The notes: generated by a model not told the origin, from the letters alone. Positions 37,915 to 47,463 are shown, numbered from the stretch's first letter. The stretch is DNA of 64,000 nt from an uncultured Candidatus Saccharibacteria bacterium (GCA_964393835.1 CAYMUN010000001.1:15455-79454); one strand, 5' to 3'. Numbers and translations: made by a program.

Positions 37915-38505
37915 TTAGCGGTCAACTTCTGAGCCCTGGAATTCTGCTAGCTCCAAAAGTTGCGGAAGTGACTGGATGGGTTCAAAGATGGTGCTGCTTT
38001 CGCCGAGGTAGCCGACTTTTTGCATCACTAGATCTTTGACAGCTTGGAAATCAAGGGCCTGGACGGTGATTTTTTCTCCGGGATCAAGTTTGGGTTGTTG
38101 TTTGTCAGCGACGCCCCAAGCCAACAATACATAGACAAACCATTCCATTTTTCGGTAGGGTTGCCAAACCTTTATTAAACGCCATCCGTTAAAGCTATAC
38201 CCTGTTTCTTCCAAGACTTCCCTTTGGGCGGCGGCCTGGATCGACTCGTCAGTGTCGTCAACCCGGCCGCCGGGGAAGCTTTGACGAGCGCCAAGATGCG
38301 GTTGCTCGTCATCAATCACCAGGATTTTATCATCGACAATGCAGATAGCTGTAACGGTGTCGGGGCGTTTCAACATTTCAAAGATGTGCTCCGAGCCGTC
38401 AAATAAGGCTTGCGGCCACTGATAAGTGTCAAAAATCATGCCTTGGAAGACACGCTGAGCCTGATCGGGGATCAGTACGGCGTCAGCGGGAATGACCTTT
38501 TTCAT
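37915..38505 (-). CDS. Nudix hydrolase
   Basis: 196 aa. Nudix box GGRVDDTDESIQAAAQREVLEETGY. Confidence 0.85.
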   Translation of the reverse strand: MKKVIPADAVLIPDQAQRVFQGMIFDTYQWPQALFDGSEHIFEMLKRPDTVTAICIVDDKILVIDDEQPHLGARQSFPGGRVDDTDESIQAAAQREVLEETGYSFNGWRLIKVWQPYRKMEWFVYVLLAWGVADKQQPKLDPGEKITVQALDFQAVKDLVMQKVGYLGESSTIFEPIQSLPQLLELAEFQGSEVDR

Positions 38506-39035
38506 TATTGTTGTTTGTAGCGCTGGATGGACTGCGCAATGATGGCCTTGGCAGCTTCAATATCGCCAAAGCCCTGCACAACAGTGGTGCCGGGCTTTTT
38601 AAGGTCTTTGTAGTGGGTGAAATGTTCGCGGATCATTTGCTGCCAGCGCTCGCCGAGATCAGCCAGAGAATTAATACTGTCGCCAGTGTTGCGGTCATCA
38701 GACGGTACAACGATGATCTTGTGATCCATTTCACCGTCGTCCTCAAAATTCATGACGCCAATGATACGAGCCTCTAGCCACACGCCGGTCGGGATCGGCT
38801 CAGCGCAGACAACCAAGGTATCCAACTCGTCACCGTCCTCGTCCAAAGTCTGGGGAATAAAGCCGTAATTTACCGGCTTGACAAAGATCGCCGGCTCGAC
38901 GCGGTCAATCATAAACGTGGCGGTCTGGCGATGCCATTCAATCTTTAAAAAGCTGCCTTGAGGGATCTCAACCACGGTGTTAACAACACCATTTTGATAG
39001 TCGCCGGGGTCTAGTACTTGGTTAAAATCAGCCAC
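38505..39035 (-). CDS. ppa: Inorganic pyrophosphatase (family I)
   Basis: 176 aa. VVEIPQGS and DGDELDTLV motifs. GTG start after AAGGAG. TAATG overlap with the Nudix gene. Confidence 0.95.
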   Translation of the reverse strand: MADFNQVLDPGDYQNGVVNTVVEIPQGSFLKIEWHRQTATFMIDRVEPAIFVKPVNYGFIPQTLDEDGDELDTLVVCAEPIPTGVWLEARIIGVMNFEDDGEMDHKIIVVPSDDRNTGDSINSLADLGERWQQMIREHFTHYKDLKKPGTTVVQGFGDIEAAKAIIAQSIQRYKQQ

Positions 39036-39079
39036 TCGTATACTCCTTATCGTTTGCTAGTATTGTACACTAAGTGCAC

Positions 39080-39748
39080 ATGAAGATCATCGGTCACCGC
39101 GGCGCCCGCGGCCTCGCCCCCGAAAACACCATCAAGAGCTTTCAAATAGCCCTGAAACACCACGTCGACGAGCTGGAATTTGACCTGCGTGTCACCAAAG
39201 ATGACATTGTAATCCTGCACCATAACCCTGAATTGACTGACCCGAACGGTCAGCGCCATGTCATAGCCGATCACACGTATCAAGAATTACTGGCTCACAA
39301 ACCGGATCTAACCACTTTTGAAGACTTCCTCGACGTTATTGGTCACCCCGTGCCCCTGTACGTTGAAGTCAAGCCCAATGAGCCAACACGATCGATTGTC
39401 TCCATTATCAAGACCCGGCTCAAAACCGACTGGGAGCCAGAGTACTTCCTACTCGGCTCTTTTAGCCAAAGAACTTTATTAGAATTGCACGCCGAGTTAC
39501 CGGAAATCCAAAAAGTTGTTATCGAGAAGTGGTCAGGCGTGCGGGCTTCCTATCGAGCCAAACAGCTCGGCACTAAACGGGTCGTCATGAACCAGCGCTG
39601 GCTATGGAGCGGATTCATTAAGGCGATGGCGCATAGCGGCTATCAGCTCGGCACCTACACCCTCAATGACCCACTCAAAGCCAAGCGCTGGGCTCGTTAC
39701 GGGCTGTACGGCGTCGTCACCGACTACCCTGACCGTTTCGAAACGTAG
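39080..39748 (+). CDS. glpQ: Glycerophosphodiester phosphodiesterase
   Basis: MKIIGHRGARGLAPENT catalytic motif. The ATG at 39080 is preferred over the GTG at 39074 in the track, because TACACT at 39066-39071 lies 8 nt upstream of it. Confidence 0.85.
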   Translation: MKIIGHRGARGLAPENTIKSFQIALKHHVDELEFDLRVTKDDIVILHHNPELTDPNGQRHVIADHTYQELLAHKPDLTTFEDFLDVIGHPVPLYVEVKPNEPTRSIVSIIKTRLKTDWEPEYFLLGSFSQRTLLELHAELPEIQKVVIEKWSGVRASYRAKQLGTKRVVMNQRWLWSGFIKAMAHSGYQLGTYTLNDPLKAKRWARYGLYGVVTDYPDRFET

Positions 39749-39775
39749 CGCTGTAATCTGTTACACTAAAGTGGT

Positions 39776-40483
39776 ATGCGGGTAGTTTTGGATCATAGCG
39801 AGGCCGAGACGGCCAATATCCGGACGTTTTATTTTCGGCCGGAAAAGCCGGTGTACTATACGGCCGGGCAATTTATTGAATTGACGGTTAAGCATCCGCA
39901 TCCCGATCAGCGCGGCATCAAACACTGGTTTACCCTGTCGTCTTCCCCCACTGACACCCTGCTCAGCATCACTACCAAATTTGCCGGCGACAAGAGCAGT
40001 ACGTTTAAAAAGACTCTGTTCAAGCTGAAGCCGGGAGCGGAGCTGTTGATGAGCGATCCGATGGGCGATTTTGTGCTGCCAAAGCTCATTCAAACCCCGC
40101 TGGTCTTTGTAGCTGGCGGCATCGGCATCACGCCGTTTCACAGCATCCTGGAATGGCTAGCCGCCACTGGCGAGCGCCGTCCCATCCGTTTGCTATATGG
40201 CGTCAATAACGAAGATGAAATCATCTTTCAAGATACCTTTGAGCGAGCCAGCCAGCACGCCACCATTGTGGTCAGTAATCCGTCTGAAGCTTGGGGCGGC
40301 GAACGCGGCCGTCTCAATGCCAATCTGATCCTGGGCCTGGAGCAGCCCTCCGAGGAAACCCTGGTGTACGTCTCAGGGCCAGAACCAATGGTTGAAACTC
40401 TGGAAAAAGACCTGAAAAAAGCCGGTATTAAAAAACACCAGCTCGTTTTAGACTTTTTCCCGAATTACACTGCCGCTTACTAA
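39776..40483 (+). CDS. FNR-like FAD/NAD(P)-binding oxidoreductase
   Basis: 235 aa. FAD motif HWFTLSS (RxYS-type), NAD motif FVAGGIGITPF and YVSGPEPM. The extended -10 TGTTACACT lies 8 nt from the ATG. Confidence 0.8.
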   Translation: MRVVLDHSEAETANIRTFYFRPEKPVYYTAGQFIELTVKHPHPDQRGIKHWFTLSSSPTDTLLSITTKFAGDKSSTFKKTLFKLKPGAELLMSDPMGDFVLPKLIQTPLVFVAGGIGITPFHSILEWLAATGERRPIRLLYGVNNEDEIIFQDTFERASQHATIVVSNPSEAWGGERGRLNANLILGLEQPSEETLVYVSGPEPMVETLEKDLKKAGIKKHQLVLDFFPNYTAAY

Positions 40484-40520
40484 TCCACCATCCCGTGTAC
40501 AACTTAGGGTTTAGGGCGCT

Positions 40521-40571
40521 AGTGTGTACGCACGATAACTATCGATCAGCCATACATCGTGCATACACACT
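40521..40571. terminator. Long imperfect hairpin between convergent genes
   Basis: AGTGTGTACGCACGAT-19 nt-ATCGTGCATACACACT (16-bp stem, 1 mismatch). It is followed by a second small hairpin GCCTTT-AAAA-GAGGGC. No strong U-tract. Confidence 0.45.
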
Positions 40572-40624
40572 GCCTTTAAAAGAGGGCCGGGCGGGTTACG
40601 TGAATCACATGCCGATAGAGAGAT

Positions 40625-41584
40625 CTAGTTTTGGACGGGGTGGGTGCGGCCTTCGAGGTGTTCGCGGATTTTTAGAGCGGCAGTAGCGCCCTCGCCGGCC
40701 GCGCTGGCAATCTGCATGGTGGCACCGGAGCGGATATCGCCGGCCGCGTAGACGCCGGGCATAGTGGTCTGCAAGTGCTGGTCAGTAATAACAAACCCGA
40801 TTTCGTCGAGGCGAATCGGTGTCGGCACCAGAAACTGGGAATTAGGCATCAGGCCGACGAACACAAAGACACCGTCGGTATCAAAAGTGACTGCTTTGCC
40901 ATCGGTGGTGCCTTTGACACCAGTAACGCTGTTGTCTTTGCCAATAATCTCATCAGTGGTGGTACCGAGGTGAATGGTAATCTTGCCGGCTTTTACGAAT
41001 TCGTCAAGCTCGTGTTGCAATACATCACTGGCCTTGATGGTGGAGCGCACCAAGAGATCAATATGGGTGGCAAAACGGGTTAAAAAGATGGCTTCCTGGA
41101 TAGCCGAGTTGCCGCCGCCGACTACCACCAGGCGTTTCTCGCGGTAAAAGGCGCCGTCACAGGTAGCGCAGTAGTGAACGCCGCGGGCGTAGTACTCCTT
41201 TTCGCCCGGGCAACCGACTTTTTTATAATCAGAGCCGGTGGCAATAAGCACGGCTTTGGCCAGCATGTCGCCGCTGGTCGTTTCTAACCGTTTATACTCC
41301 CCCTCGTCATGGATAGCGGTGACTTCACCGTACTCGATAACGGCGCCGAAACGCTCGGCTTGAGCCCGCAGATCATCGGCCAGCTTGAGACCCTCCACAC
41401 CATCGGGGAAACCAGGGTAATTATCAATTTTATCGGTGACGGCGGCCAGGCCGCCCACTACGCCGCGCTCAAACAGCACCGTTTCAATGTCTTCACGAGT
41501 GGTATAGATAGCGGCGGTCAGGGCCGCGGGGCCGGCCCCCACGATGATGACATCATGCTTTGGGATATCGGTGATGTCGGCCAT
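40625..41584 (-). CDS. trxB: Thioredoxin-disulfide reductase
   Basis: 319 aa. GAGPAALTAA FAD motif, redox-active CATCDG and GGGNSA NADPH motif. Confidence 0.95.
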   Translation of the reverse strand: MADITDIPKHDVIIVGAGPAALTAAIYTTREDIETVLFERGVVGGLAAVTDKIDNYPGFPDGVEGLKLADDLRAQAERFGAVIEYGEVTAIHDEGEYKRLETTSGDMLAKAVLIATGSDYKKVGCPGEKEYYARGVHYCATCDGAFYREKRLVVVGGGNSAIQEAIFLTRFATHIDLLVRSTIKASDVLQHELDEFVKAGKITIHLGTTTDEIIGKDNSVTGVKGTTDGKAVTFDTDGVFVFVGLMPNSQFLVPTPIRLDEIGFVITDQHLQTTMPGVYAAGDIRSGATMQIASAAGEGATAALKIREHLEGRTHPVQN

Positions 41585-41591
41585 GGGGTAT

Positions 41592-41840
41592 TTAGGCGAC
41601 AGCTGGGGCTAGACGAGCTAAGTTGTATCCAACAATTACTTCTTGAGAGTCATCATGCTTGGTAACCAAGGTAACTGGTACAGTCATGGCACCGCTGAGA
41701 TTGATGGCTTCGGCCTGGCGGTGCGGATGTTCGTCAAGATTGACTTCTTCGTAGCTCATACCCTTGGCGCTGAGGTATTTTTTGACCATTTGGCAGTAGC
41801 CGCAGGTGTTAGTAGTAAAGATGGTGATGTTTTTGACCAT
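41592..41840 (-). CDS. nrdH: NrdH/glutaredoxin-like small redoxin
   Basis: 82 aa. MVKNITIFTTNTCGYCQMVKKYL (CxxC) and TVP cis-Pro motif. ATG at 41840 lies 8 nt after AAGGGGGA. The longer ORF in the track is an upstream extension. Confidence 0.8.
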   Translation of the reverse strand: MVKNITIFTTNTCGYCQMVKKYLSAKGMSYEEVNLDEHPHRQAEAINLSGAMTVPVTLVTKHDDSQEVIVGYNLARLAPAVA

Positions 41841-41966
41841 AGTATTTAGTTCCCCCTTGTTTAGAGCGCCTGGTACCTCGCCGTGTCTCTCAGGTACGGC
41901 TACAGTCTGGCGGCGCTTCTTTTGTATTTTTAGTGCTCTAGTACAGAACAATGCTGACTGTAGATC

Positions 41967-42014
41967 TGATTATATATAGTGCCTGCCTAAAGTTCAAGAC
42001 ACTATATATTGTGT
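41967..42014 (-). promoter_or_regulatory. Tandem NrdR boxes
   Basis: Box at 41999-42014, ACACTATATATTGTGT, fits the 16-bp NrdR consensus acaCwAtATaTwGtgt at all positions. Box at 41967-41982, TGATTATATATAGTGC, fits 12 of 16. Centre-to-centre distance is 32 bp. Confidence 0.75.
41969..41997 (-). promoter_or_regulatory. Consensus promoter TTGAAC-17-TATAAT of nrdH-trxB
   Basis: On the minus strand, TTGAAC is at 41997-41992 and TATAAT at 41974-41969. One NrdR box abuts the -35 and the other covers the -10. Confidence 0.6.
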
Positions 42015-42026
42015 TTTTTAATACGT

Positions 42027-42554
42027 TTACTTAGAAATTTTGTGGACAGTAACGTCAAACACCAGGTCAGAATTAGGAGGTATAGCGCCCTGTCCGGTAG
42101 CCCCGTAGGCTAGTGCAAAAGGAATGAGTAAGCGCCGAGTGCCTCCCTCTTTCATCCCGGGAATGCCCTGTGTCCAGCCGGGGATGACACCACTGAGTGG
42201 AAAAGTAGCTGGCTGGCCACTGTCTTTAGAGCTTTCAAAAATAATGCCGGTTGCGGCCAGGGCGCCAGTGTAATCGACGGTGATGGTATCACTTGCCTTA
42301 ACCGTGGCACCGGTGCCAGGGGTGCTATCGATAGTCTGCAGCTGCGGGATGCTAGCCACGGGGGTAAAGTTTGCCAATTGAGTACCTTTTAATTTTGCGC
42401 CGTTATCCACAGGTTTCTCCTTGCTGCTGTTAGCTGATTTATTATTACGATCCTGGACTGCTTGATAGATGATCCCGATAGTCAGTGCCGAGGAAGTCAG
42501 CAGGAATAGTCCCGCAAAAAACCCCGCAAAAATACGGTCGCGTTTTCGTGCCAT
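42027..42554 (-). CDS. FKBP-type peptidyl-prolyl cis-trans isomerase, membrane-anchored
   Basis: 175 aa. N-terminal TM helix and FKBP core (VDYTG...F.SS...F.L..VIPGW..G..GMK.GG.R.L.IP...AYG). SD GGAGG. Confidence 0.9.
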   Translation of the reverse strand: MARKRDRIFAGFFAGLFLLTSSALTIGIIYQAVQDRNNKSANSSKEKPVDNGAKLKGTQLANFTPVASIPQLQTIDSTPGTGATVKASDTITVDYTGALAATGIIFESSKDSGQPATFPLSGVIPGWTQGIPGMKEGGTRRLLIPFALAYGATGQGAIPPNSDLVFDVTVHKISK

Positions 42555-42587
42555 GTAACCCTCCGTTATTAGCTCCAGTATAGCGTA

Positions 42588-43733
42588 CTATTTGGCGCCC
42601 GGGTAGCTGTTGCCGGCATCCGTCACGAACAGATCGTGGGGATGACTCTCGGTCAGAGAAGCATTGGTAATCCGCCGTAAAACGGCCGTCTGCCATAGCC
42701 CGGTAATACTGGCAGCCCCGGCATAATAAAAGCCCGACTTAACGCCCTCTAGCATTGTGGCAGCCACCAAATCCAATTTGCCGCTGCAGGGCACCAGACC
42801 CTCGACACCCTCGGCCACCAACACGCTCTTGTCGGTGTAGCTCTTACCGTGGAATTCGTCTTCTGAGCTAATCTGCTTGCCCCGCTTCATAGCGGCAATT
42901 GAGCCCATACCCCGGTAACCTTTAAAACGATAGGTTTTGGCGCCATTCACAATGCTTTGGAAGCGGGCCGGCACCTGATCTTTGGTGAATTCCATAATCT
43001 CGCCGGGTGACTCCTCGGTTGCCGCAAACAGCCTGCCCATCATAACCGTCGATGCGCCGGCTGCCAGGGCTTTGGTAATATCACCGGAGTAGTTAATGCC
43101 ACCGTCGGCGATAACCGGCACGTGATGTTTGTGGGCCACCGCGGCCGTTTCGAGAATGGCCGTCAGCTGGGGTACGCCCATGCCGGAAACGATGCGGGTA
43201 GTACAGATCGCGCCGGGGCCCATACCGACTCGCAGGCCATCAACGCCAGCATCAATTAAAGCTTGGGCCCCCTCGGTAGTAGCGACACTGCCAGCAATTA
43301 CTTCGACCGCGTGGTGCTTTTTGATTAAGGTCAGGGCTTCAATAACATATTTGGAAAAACCATGGGCTGAATCGACGACAATAACATCGACGCCGGCCCC
43401 CACCAAAGCCTCAACTCGCTCCTCGTAGCCCGGGCTAGACCCTACCGCCGCACCGACTAATTGACCGGCTTGCTTGACCTTGATAACTTCGGCCACCTGC
43501 TGTTTGATAGTCAGGTTGCGGTGGATAATACCGATACCGCCGAATTTGCCGAGGGCAATTGCCAGGCGGCTTTCAGTCACGGTATCCATCGGCGAAGCCA
43601 CTAGCGGCACCTGGAGCTTAATCTTTTTAGTCAGTTGGCTACCGAGGTCAATCTCAGAACGAGAAAACCCGGCATAGCCGGGTTTGAGAAGTACGTCGTC
43701 AAAAGTAAGTGCGGGAATGTCACTAATCTGCAT
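42588..43733 (-). CDS. guaB: IMP dehydrogenase lacking the CBS/Bateman subdomain
   Basis: 381 aa. [14 protein letters not shown] and the catalytic loop [11 protein letters not shown]. About 110 aa shorter than canonical IMPDH, at the position where the CBS pair normally inserts. Confidence 0.85.
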   Translation of the reverse strand: MQISDIPALTFDDVLLKPGYAGFSRSEIDLGSQLTKKIKLQVPLVASPMDTVTESRLAIALGKFGGIGIIHRNLTIKQQVAEVIKVKQAGQLVGAAVGSSPGYEERVEALVGAGVDVIVVDSAHGFSKYVIEALTLIKKHHAVEVIAGSVATTEGAQALIDAGVDGLRVGMGPGAICTTRIVSGMGVPQLTAILETAAVAHKHHVPVIADGGINYSGDITKALAAGASTVMMGRLFAATEESPGEIMEFTKDQVPARFQSIVNGAKTYRFKGYRGMGSIAAMKRGKQISSEDEFHGKSYTDKSVLVAEGVEGLVPCSGKLDLVAATMLEGVKSGFYYAGAASITGLWQTAVLRRITNASLTESHPHDLFVTDAGNSYPGAK

Positions 43734-43738
43734 AATCC

Positions 43739-43768
43739 ATTCTACCCCGTAGCCACTGCCATTGTCAA
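43739..43768 (-). promoter_or_regulatory. Promoter TTGACA-18-TAGAAT, 5 nt from the guaB ATG
   Basis: On the minus strand, TTGACA is at 43768-43763 and TAGAAT at 43744-43739, followed by GGATT and then the ATG at 43733. Confidence 0.5.
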
Positions 43769-43787
43769 AGTCTTCTCAGCAGCCGCC

Positions 43788-46325
43788 TCATAGCCGCTCG
43801 GCGTCAAGTTTGGCTTTAGTGCCAGCGGCGATGGCATCCAACACCGCGGTCGCTTCTTTGTCGGTCAAGGTGCGATTGGTGGCGGTAATGGTAACGCGAA
43901 AGGTAAAGTTTTTGTGGCTGGTATCGCCGGGCTTTTGGTAGATGTCGACGGGCTCCAGCTGAATATGGGTGTCGTCAGGAGCGTTGGCGCCTAATTCTCG
44001 ACTGACGACTTCATGTACGCTAGCATAGCTATGCGTGGCTGACAGGCGCAGGGTGATGTCCTGCTTAACGGCCGGGAAACGAAACAGTGGCGCATAGCTT
44101 GGCCCGGCAGCCAGCGACGGGCCCAACACAGTAGTATCGATTTCAAAACCGGCGCTAAATTTAGGTAGCTTGAGGGCTCGTCTGACGGCCGGCTTGAATT
44201 CGCCGATAATCCCCAAAAAAGTATTATCCAAATAAACCAGGGCGGCCCGCTGGGGATCATATGGTTGTACCACCGGATACGCTTGCAGATCATCACTAAT
44301 CGGTCGAAATTCCAGCCAAGCGAGTGGGGCCAGCTGCGTTAAATAAGTAGCCGCCTGGTAATAGGCTGCGCCGCTTTTTGGCACTTTGTCGCTGGCAGCG
44401 ATCATCAAAGCCGTGAATTCAAACTCTCGCGGCAGGCCGTCATCCTCACGCTGGTCAAGACTGTGGGTTTTACCCAGTTCAAACAAGGTAAATTCGTCGT
44501 AACCGGCCTTGATATTGGCATGGACTTTTTCAAGCAGACTGGGCATCAGGCTCATCCGGTAATATTGCAGGTCGGGACTGAGCGCGTTGCTGATTTCAAA
44601 AGCTTGGGCTTTATCTTGGCCGATCTTGTCGAGCAGCCTACCGTGGACAAAACTATAGGTCAGCACCTCGTTGGCACCGGCTCGACTGAGCCGATCCCGG
44701 ACTTCGGATTTTAGATCAAGCAGCGGATCCCGGGTAGTCGGGGCGAGATCTCGCATTGGCAGCCGCAGGGGTAGTTTGTCAAAGCCGTGCAGGCGGCCGA
44801 CTTCTTCGACTACGTCTTCGCGCTGCTCGATATCAGTTCGCCAAAACGGCGCCGTGACGGTCAATTCTTCGTCACGTAACGCAACTTTGAATTCAACGTT
44901 TTCCAGCAGCCGCTTCATGTCCTTGGCAGACAGTTGCAGCCCCAGTCGGACATTGATAAATTCACTGCTGAGCGTCACCGGTAGATATAGCGAACCCCGT
45001 TCCATGATAGCCGGATCTAAGTGGTTATCATCGATCTCGTGACTGGCGGCTACGCCGCCGGCGTGTTCATGAATTTCATCGACGATCTTATTGAGCACCG
45101 CCAGGTTTTGCAGCGGGCTTTGGCCTTTGGTAAAGCGCGTCGTCGCGTCAGTAAACAAGCCATGCTCCATGGAAGTCCGCCGTATCGAATACATATCAAA
45201 GGTAGCCGATTCGAGAATGATATTTTTAGTCCGCTCATCGACCTCGGTTTCGGCTCCGCCCATCACGCCGCCAACACCAATTAATTGTGTTTCGGTGGCG
45301 ATCATAATGGCTTCGGGCCGCGGCTCCAGCTCTTTGCCATTTAGTAGCTTGACCTTTTCGCCAGGCTTGGGATTGCGCACTACCAGCCTAGCGCCATCAC
45401 CGCCACTGAGGGCTTTGACCTTATCATAATCATAGGCATGCAACGGCTGGCCGGTCTCGAGCATGAAAAAATTAGTGTAATCGACAATGTTATTGATAGA
45501 TTTCTGGCCGACTTTGGCAAGCTCTACCTGCAGCCAGGTGGGGCTCGGGCCAACCTGGACTTCACCCATCGTTATAGCCGTAAAGCGCGGCACCAGCTCG
45601 GGCAACTCATTTTGGACAGCTAAAGGCAACTGCTCTGTGGCTACAGCCGGGAATTCGGGCTGAGGCGTATACCAGTCCGGGCTTTTAAAAGCCAGGCCCT
45701 GAATGCCGGCCAGCTCACGGGCGATACCAAGGAAACCAAAGGCATCCGGCCGATGGGTAAACATCTTGTTTTCAATGTCGATGACCGCATCACCCGCTAA
45801 ATTAAAGGCCTCGGCAAACTGAGTGCCCGGCTTGATATCGCCGTCAATCGTCAGGATACCGGCATGGCTGTCACCGAGGGCCAACTCTTTGGGGCTAGCT
45901 AACATGCCGTTGCTGACCTGTCCGCGAATCTCACGGGCCTCGAGCACAAAAGGTTGGGTGTCGTCGACAGTATTTGGCACCGTAGTGCCGGGCGGTAGCC
46001 AAGCAACCAGCAGACCCTCACGGACATTGGGCGCGCCGCAAACTACTTGGACACGGCCGTTTGCATCCCGGGTCACGTCTTTGGCTTTACCGCCATCATC
46101 AATTTTACAGAGGCTAAGTTTGTCGGCATCGGGGTGCTTTTCGCAGGCTACAACTTTGGCGACGATTATACCCTCATATTTTTTACCGATGTCAGTGACT
46201 TCATCGACCGCCCCCAGCTGGGCGCCAATCTTTTCGACTAACCTATCGATTCCATCCGGAGCAATCTCAGCAGCACTGCCATAGCGCTGGTTGATTCCCC
46301 GCAGGGTATTGAGGCTGAATTTCAT
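43788..46325 (-). CDS. pheT: Phenylalanine--tRNA ligase beta subunit
   Basis: 845 aa. N-terminal tRNA-binding OB domain, B3/B4, B5 and FDX-ACB domains. ATGA overlap with pheS. Confidence 0.97.
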   Translation of the reverse strand: MKFSLNTLRGINQRYGSAAEIAPDGIDRLVEKIGAQLGAVDEVTDIGKKYEGIIVAKVVACEKHPDADKLSLCKIDDGGKAKDVTRDANGRVQVVCGAPNVREGLLVAWLPPGTTVPNTVDDTQPFVLEAREIRGQVSNGMLASPKELALGDSHAGILTIDGDIKPGTQFAEAFNLAGDAVIDIENKMFTHRPDAFGFLGIARELAGIQGLAFKSPDWYTPQPEFPAVATEQLPLAVQNELPELVPRFTAITMGEVQVGPSPTWLQVELAKVGQKSINNIVDYTNFFMLETGQPLHAYDYDKVKALSGGDGARLVVRNPKPGEKVKLLNGKELEPRPEAIMIATETQLIGVGGVMGGAETEVDERTKNIILESATFDMYSIRRTSMEHGLFTDATTRFTKGQSPLQNLAVLNKIVDEIHEHAGGVAASHEIDDNHLDPAIMERGSLYLPVTLSSEFINVRLGLQLSAKDMKRLLENVEFKVALRDEELTVTAPFWRTDIEQREDVVEEVGRLHGFDKLPLRLPMRDLAPTTRDPLLDLKSEVRDRLSRAGANEVLTYSFVHGRLLDKIGQDKAQAFEISNALSPDLQYYRMSLMPSLLEKVHANIKAGYDEFTLFELGKTHSLDQREDDGLPREFEFTALMIAASDKVPKSGAAYYQAATYLTQLAPLAWLEFRPISDDLQAYPVVQPYDPQRAALVYLDNTFLGIIGEFKPAVRRALKLPKFSAGFEIDTTVLGPSLAAGPSYAPLFRFPAVKQDITLRLSATHSYASVHEVVSRELGANAPDDTHIQLEPVDIYQKPGDTSHKNFTFRVTITATNRTLTDKEATAVLDAIAAGTKAKLDAERL

Positions 46326-47356
46326 GAGAACTGCCTCAAAAAGTCGAGTTTGGCGGAGTGGAAATTACGGACATCCTCGATGCCGTGTTTCATCATCACC
46401 AGGCGGTCAATGCCACCACCCCAGGCAAAGCCGGTGTAGACATTGGTATCGATGCCAGCGGCGTGCAAAACATTGGGGTGAATCATGCCGCAACCCAGCA
46501 GCTCAATCCAGCCGGCTTGCGAGCACACCGGGCAGCCTTTTTTGTCACAAAACGGGCAACTCAGCATAAACTCGAAACTCGGCTCGGTGAACGGGAAATA
46601 AAACGGATTAGTTTTGACTTCTAGTTCTTTGCCATAATATTCCTGCAAAAAAGTTTTAAGGGTGGCGATCAGGTGGCCGGCGTTGATGCCCTTGTCAACA
46701 TAGACACCCTCTAGTTGATAAAACGTATGCTCATGGCGGGCATCAAGATCTTCGTTACGAAACACCCGACCCGGGATGACGGCAGCGATCGCCCGGCCCT
46801 GTTCCAGATCGGCTTTATGCTTTTGCAGGACACGGTGTTGCATGGTACTGGTGTGCGCCGGCGCGATGAACTGGCTGTCATTGCCGTCAGTTTGGGTCGT
46901 CATAAAGGTATCATAATCGTCTCGGGCCGGGTGCCCTTCCGGGAAATTCAGCGATCCAAACATGTGGAAATCATCGTCAATCTCCCGCGATTCGACAGCC
47001 GTGAACCCCATGCGATAAAAAATATCGAGAATAGTATCTAATTCGCTCATCAACGGATGGCGGCTGCCGTGGTCGGCGCTCAACAGGCGCGGTCGCTCAG
47101 CAACCGCCACATTGACATCAAACGGCGCCGTGATATCAATTGGCGGCAGGGTCTCGGTTTTGGCTTGTGATGCCGCGAGTAGGCTGGTGAGCTCCTGGCG
47201 CAACTGATTTACGGCCTGCCCAAATGCCGCTCTCTCCGCCGCCGGCCGGGTTTTTAGCTCGTCAAACAGAGCCCGCAGCTCAGGGCTGCGAAATACCGTT
47301 TGGTCACCCTCGGCAGCCCGCTTTTTTAATCCCTCAGCCAGTTTCTGGTCAATCAT
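46322..47356 (-). CDS. pheS: Phenylalanine--tRNA ligase alpha subunit
   Basis: 344 aa with class II aaRS motifs. The extended -10 TGGTACAAT (47377-47369) lies 12 nt from the ATG. Confidence 0.97.
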   Translation of the reverse strand: MIDQKLAEGLKKRAAEGDQTVFRSPELRALFDELKTRPAAERAAFGQAVNQLRQELTSLLAASQAKTETLPPIDITAPFDVNVAVAERPRLLSADHGSRHPLMSELDTILDIFYRMGFTAVESREIDDDFHMFGSLNFPEGHPARDDYDTFMTTQTDGNDSQFIAPAHTSTMQHRVLQKHKADLEQGRAIAAVIPGRVFRNEDLDARHEHTFYQLEGVYVDKGINAGHLIATLKTFLQEYYGKELEVKTNPFYFPFTEPSFEFMLSCPFCDKKGCPVCSQAGWIELLGCGMIHPNVLHAAGIDTNVYTGFAWGGGIDRLVMMKHGIEDVRNFHSAKLDFLRQFS

Positions 47357-47463
47357 AATCTGCCCCCTATTGTACCAGAGGTGCTAAAATAAGGATAAGA
47401 TTAATCTAGACAAGGACTCCCCATGGGTTTATATAGTAAAATCACTGCGAGCCTCCAGCTATA

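Noticed and set aside
41841-41951. N-terminal 37-codon extension of the glutaredoxin ORF
   Set aside because: The extension runs through the structured leader. A strong SD precedes the internal ATG at 41840, and redoxins of this type start about 10 aa before the CxxC. Similar 5' extensions were rejected for tgt (57807-57914), the RHH gene (48223-48270), zur (52692-52727) and the DUF4097-like gene (62813-62884).
47357-47463. T-box leader or attenuator upstream of pheS
   Set aside because: The spacer is only 107 bp and is shared with divergent yajQ. The promoter lies 12 nt from the ATG, and no specifier or T-box sequence is seen.
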